Shown here: in pieces, positions 62,410-64,000 of the stretch
How positions within the stretch are numbered: the stretch's first letter is position 1
Layout: every line of letters begins with the position of its first letter
Origin: Tricharina praecox
Lineage: Eukaryota
DNA: 64,000 nt
Assembly (NCBI RefSeq): GCF_024521635.1
Contig: NW_026250427.1
Coordinates: 496,001-560,000, forward strand
Reading direction: 5' to 3'
Notes under the pieces: model-generated
The model's database searches: none
The model's input: the letters and a program-made list of their open reading frames with translations, nothing else
What the model was told of the DNA's origin: nothing
Position numbers and translations under genes: made by a program

Positions 62410-63370
62410 TATAAAACCATCTTCTGCCCCCACGGCCTCACCAATTCTCGTTCGGTGGTGCTCACCTCCACCATCACCTTCACCACCAACGTGAGCACCA
62501 CTCGTCCACTCTTTACCTCCGGATACCGGATTCCATCACACAATCACACCATCACATATTCCTCCTCCTACTCCTCCTACCCTCCCACCTTCCACCCTTC
62601 GAGGGCCATCTTATCTGTGGATCATGGACGGTGCCAGCCTCAGGTGGCTTACCTGCCCGCCTCGAGGCCGCGGTTCGCCGTACGGGCCATAGGGGCGGTT
62701 CACACACCATCACATACTACTTCTCCTACCCGCCTACCCTCCCATCCTCCTACCCTTCGAGCACCATCTTATCAAGTGGAGTGTGTGCGGTGGATTAATC
62801 ATTATCTGCCCGCCTCGTGGCCGCGGTTCGCACACCCTTACATACTGCCGTAATCCTCCTACCCGCCTACACTTCTACACTCCTACCCTTCGAGAGCCAT
62901 CTTATCAGTGGAGTATGGACGGTGGAAAACATACCCGCCTCGAGGCCGCAGTTCGGCCCGATCACCACCCGCCGTCTCAAACCACACCACTCCACAGTAC
63001 TGCACACTCACCACCCAGCTCGGGATATAGAGCTTCGACAAAAAGTTTACGGAAAAGATAATGTGGGTTTGGGCGGAGGGTGATGTTGCTGCGCCGCAGA
63101 CGGGATGGGCGGGTGGAATATATCAGGAAACACAGAAAAAGAGACCGGGAACTGAGACTGGGATAGAGACCGAAACCGAGAGCGAGAGCAGCTGGGAATG
63201 TAAGTTCGGGGTTGGGGTTGCGGGGAGGATTGGGAAGGGTGATTTGGCTTCGTTTCTCTGGATTCTGGAAGAAGGGAAATGCCTCTGTTCTTGGTTCGTG
63301 GTTCTTGGTTCTTGGGGATGGTGGAGTGTTGTCTATGATAATATGAAAGCATTCTATCCCGGTGCTTCGT
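62410..63370 (+). ncRNA. Putative non-coding transcription unit, paralog 2 (with triplicated motif)
   Basis: TATAAAA at 62410; 11-bp hairpin GTGGTGCTCAC/GTGAGCACCAC at 62455-62501; three copies of ACCCTTCGAGnnCCATCTTATC at 62593, 62751, 62884; AT-rich 3' signal near 63335-63355. Boundaries inferred. Confidence 0.4.
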
Positions 63371-64000
63371 CCGATGTCTTCTGAACGTGAATGCGTGAAT
63401 GCGTGCACTGTGCACGGTGGTTACGCGGTTTTTTGATTCAACGTAGGTATCTATAGTAGACTATGGCGGCGGCGGCCGAGGAAGAAGCGGAAGTTGTAGC
63501 TTGGGAATTTGGGATGACCGCTGGTAAGGCAGGGGATGAGTTGTAGATCCAGTAGGGAGATATAGAAGACACTCAACAGAGGTGCTCTACTCTGCAGGAA
63601 CGGCGCGGACAGGGGTGTCGAGGCAGAAATCGCCCTTCGGAACATCATTCGGGCCTGCCCTCTGAGTTCATTCATTCTCCTGGCGGACATGGGTTGTCTG
63701 CTGCCGTTGGTTATTAGGTTTATGTACCAGCTGGGGAGGACGGGAGCCCGTCGTGACTCGTGACGTCCATGCAAGCGCTGCCGTCTTTGCAGGGCTGGAG
63801 AACTCCACCCACCGCACTACATACCTGTCATGTGTACCGGTGTCACTTGTTGCGGGATCTTCGCTAGTAACGATGGCTCCTTAGCGGGTACATATCGCTG
63901 CTGCCCGTCTCGCGGGTCCCAGCGAACTGGAAAGCTAGAGGACGCGTCGTGTATATATAATCGCGGCTGACGTTGCGCTCGCCCATCTCGGGTATCGGGC

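Overview
Intron-rich, GC-rich genomic DNA of a filamentous ascomycete (Pezizomycotina; possibly Pezizales, which is inference only). I reconstructed about 15 spliced protein genes by hand. They are HOM2 (Asp-semialdehyde dehydrogenase), a HOL1-like MFS transporter, SER2, an orphan ORF, SEC2, an Spp2/G-patch protein, a small secreted Leu-rich protein, a BTB protein, a DMT/SLC35F-like transporter, casein kinase I (HRR25/ck-1a type), a CLC channel, RPS27 (missed by the ORF track), a GH72 glucanosyltransferase, aprataxin, a small membrane protein and an RluA-family pseudouridine synthase. There is also an SRPK-like kinase pseudogene, nested dispersed repeats and a possible solo LTR. Four observations stand out. 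(1) The CK1 stop codon (TGA-CTG) is followed in frame by 19 codons ending Ser-Lys-Leu-stop, a cryptic peroxisomal PTS1 reachable by readthrough. (2) Two divergent, paralogous, apparently non-coding transcription units at about 58 kb (-) and 62.4 kb (+) share a TATA box, a 5' hairpin and a conserved loop motif, which is triplicated in one copy. (3) SEC2 appears to start at a CUG codon. (4) The pseudouridine synthase has two in-frame starts, suggesting mitochondrial and cytosolic isoforms. No tRNA, rRNA or CRISPR was seen. All family calls are from motif recognition, not database searches.
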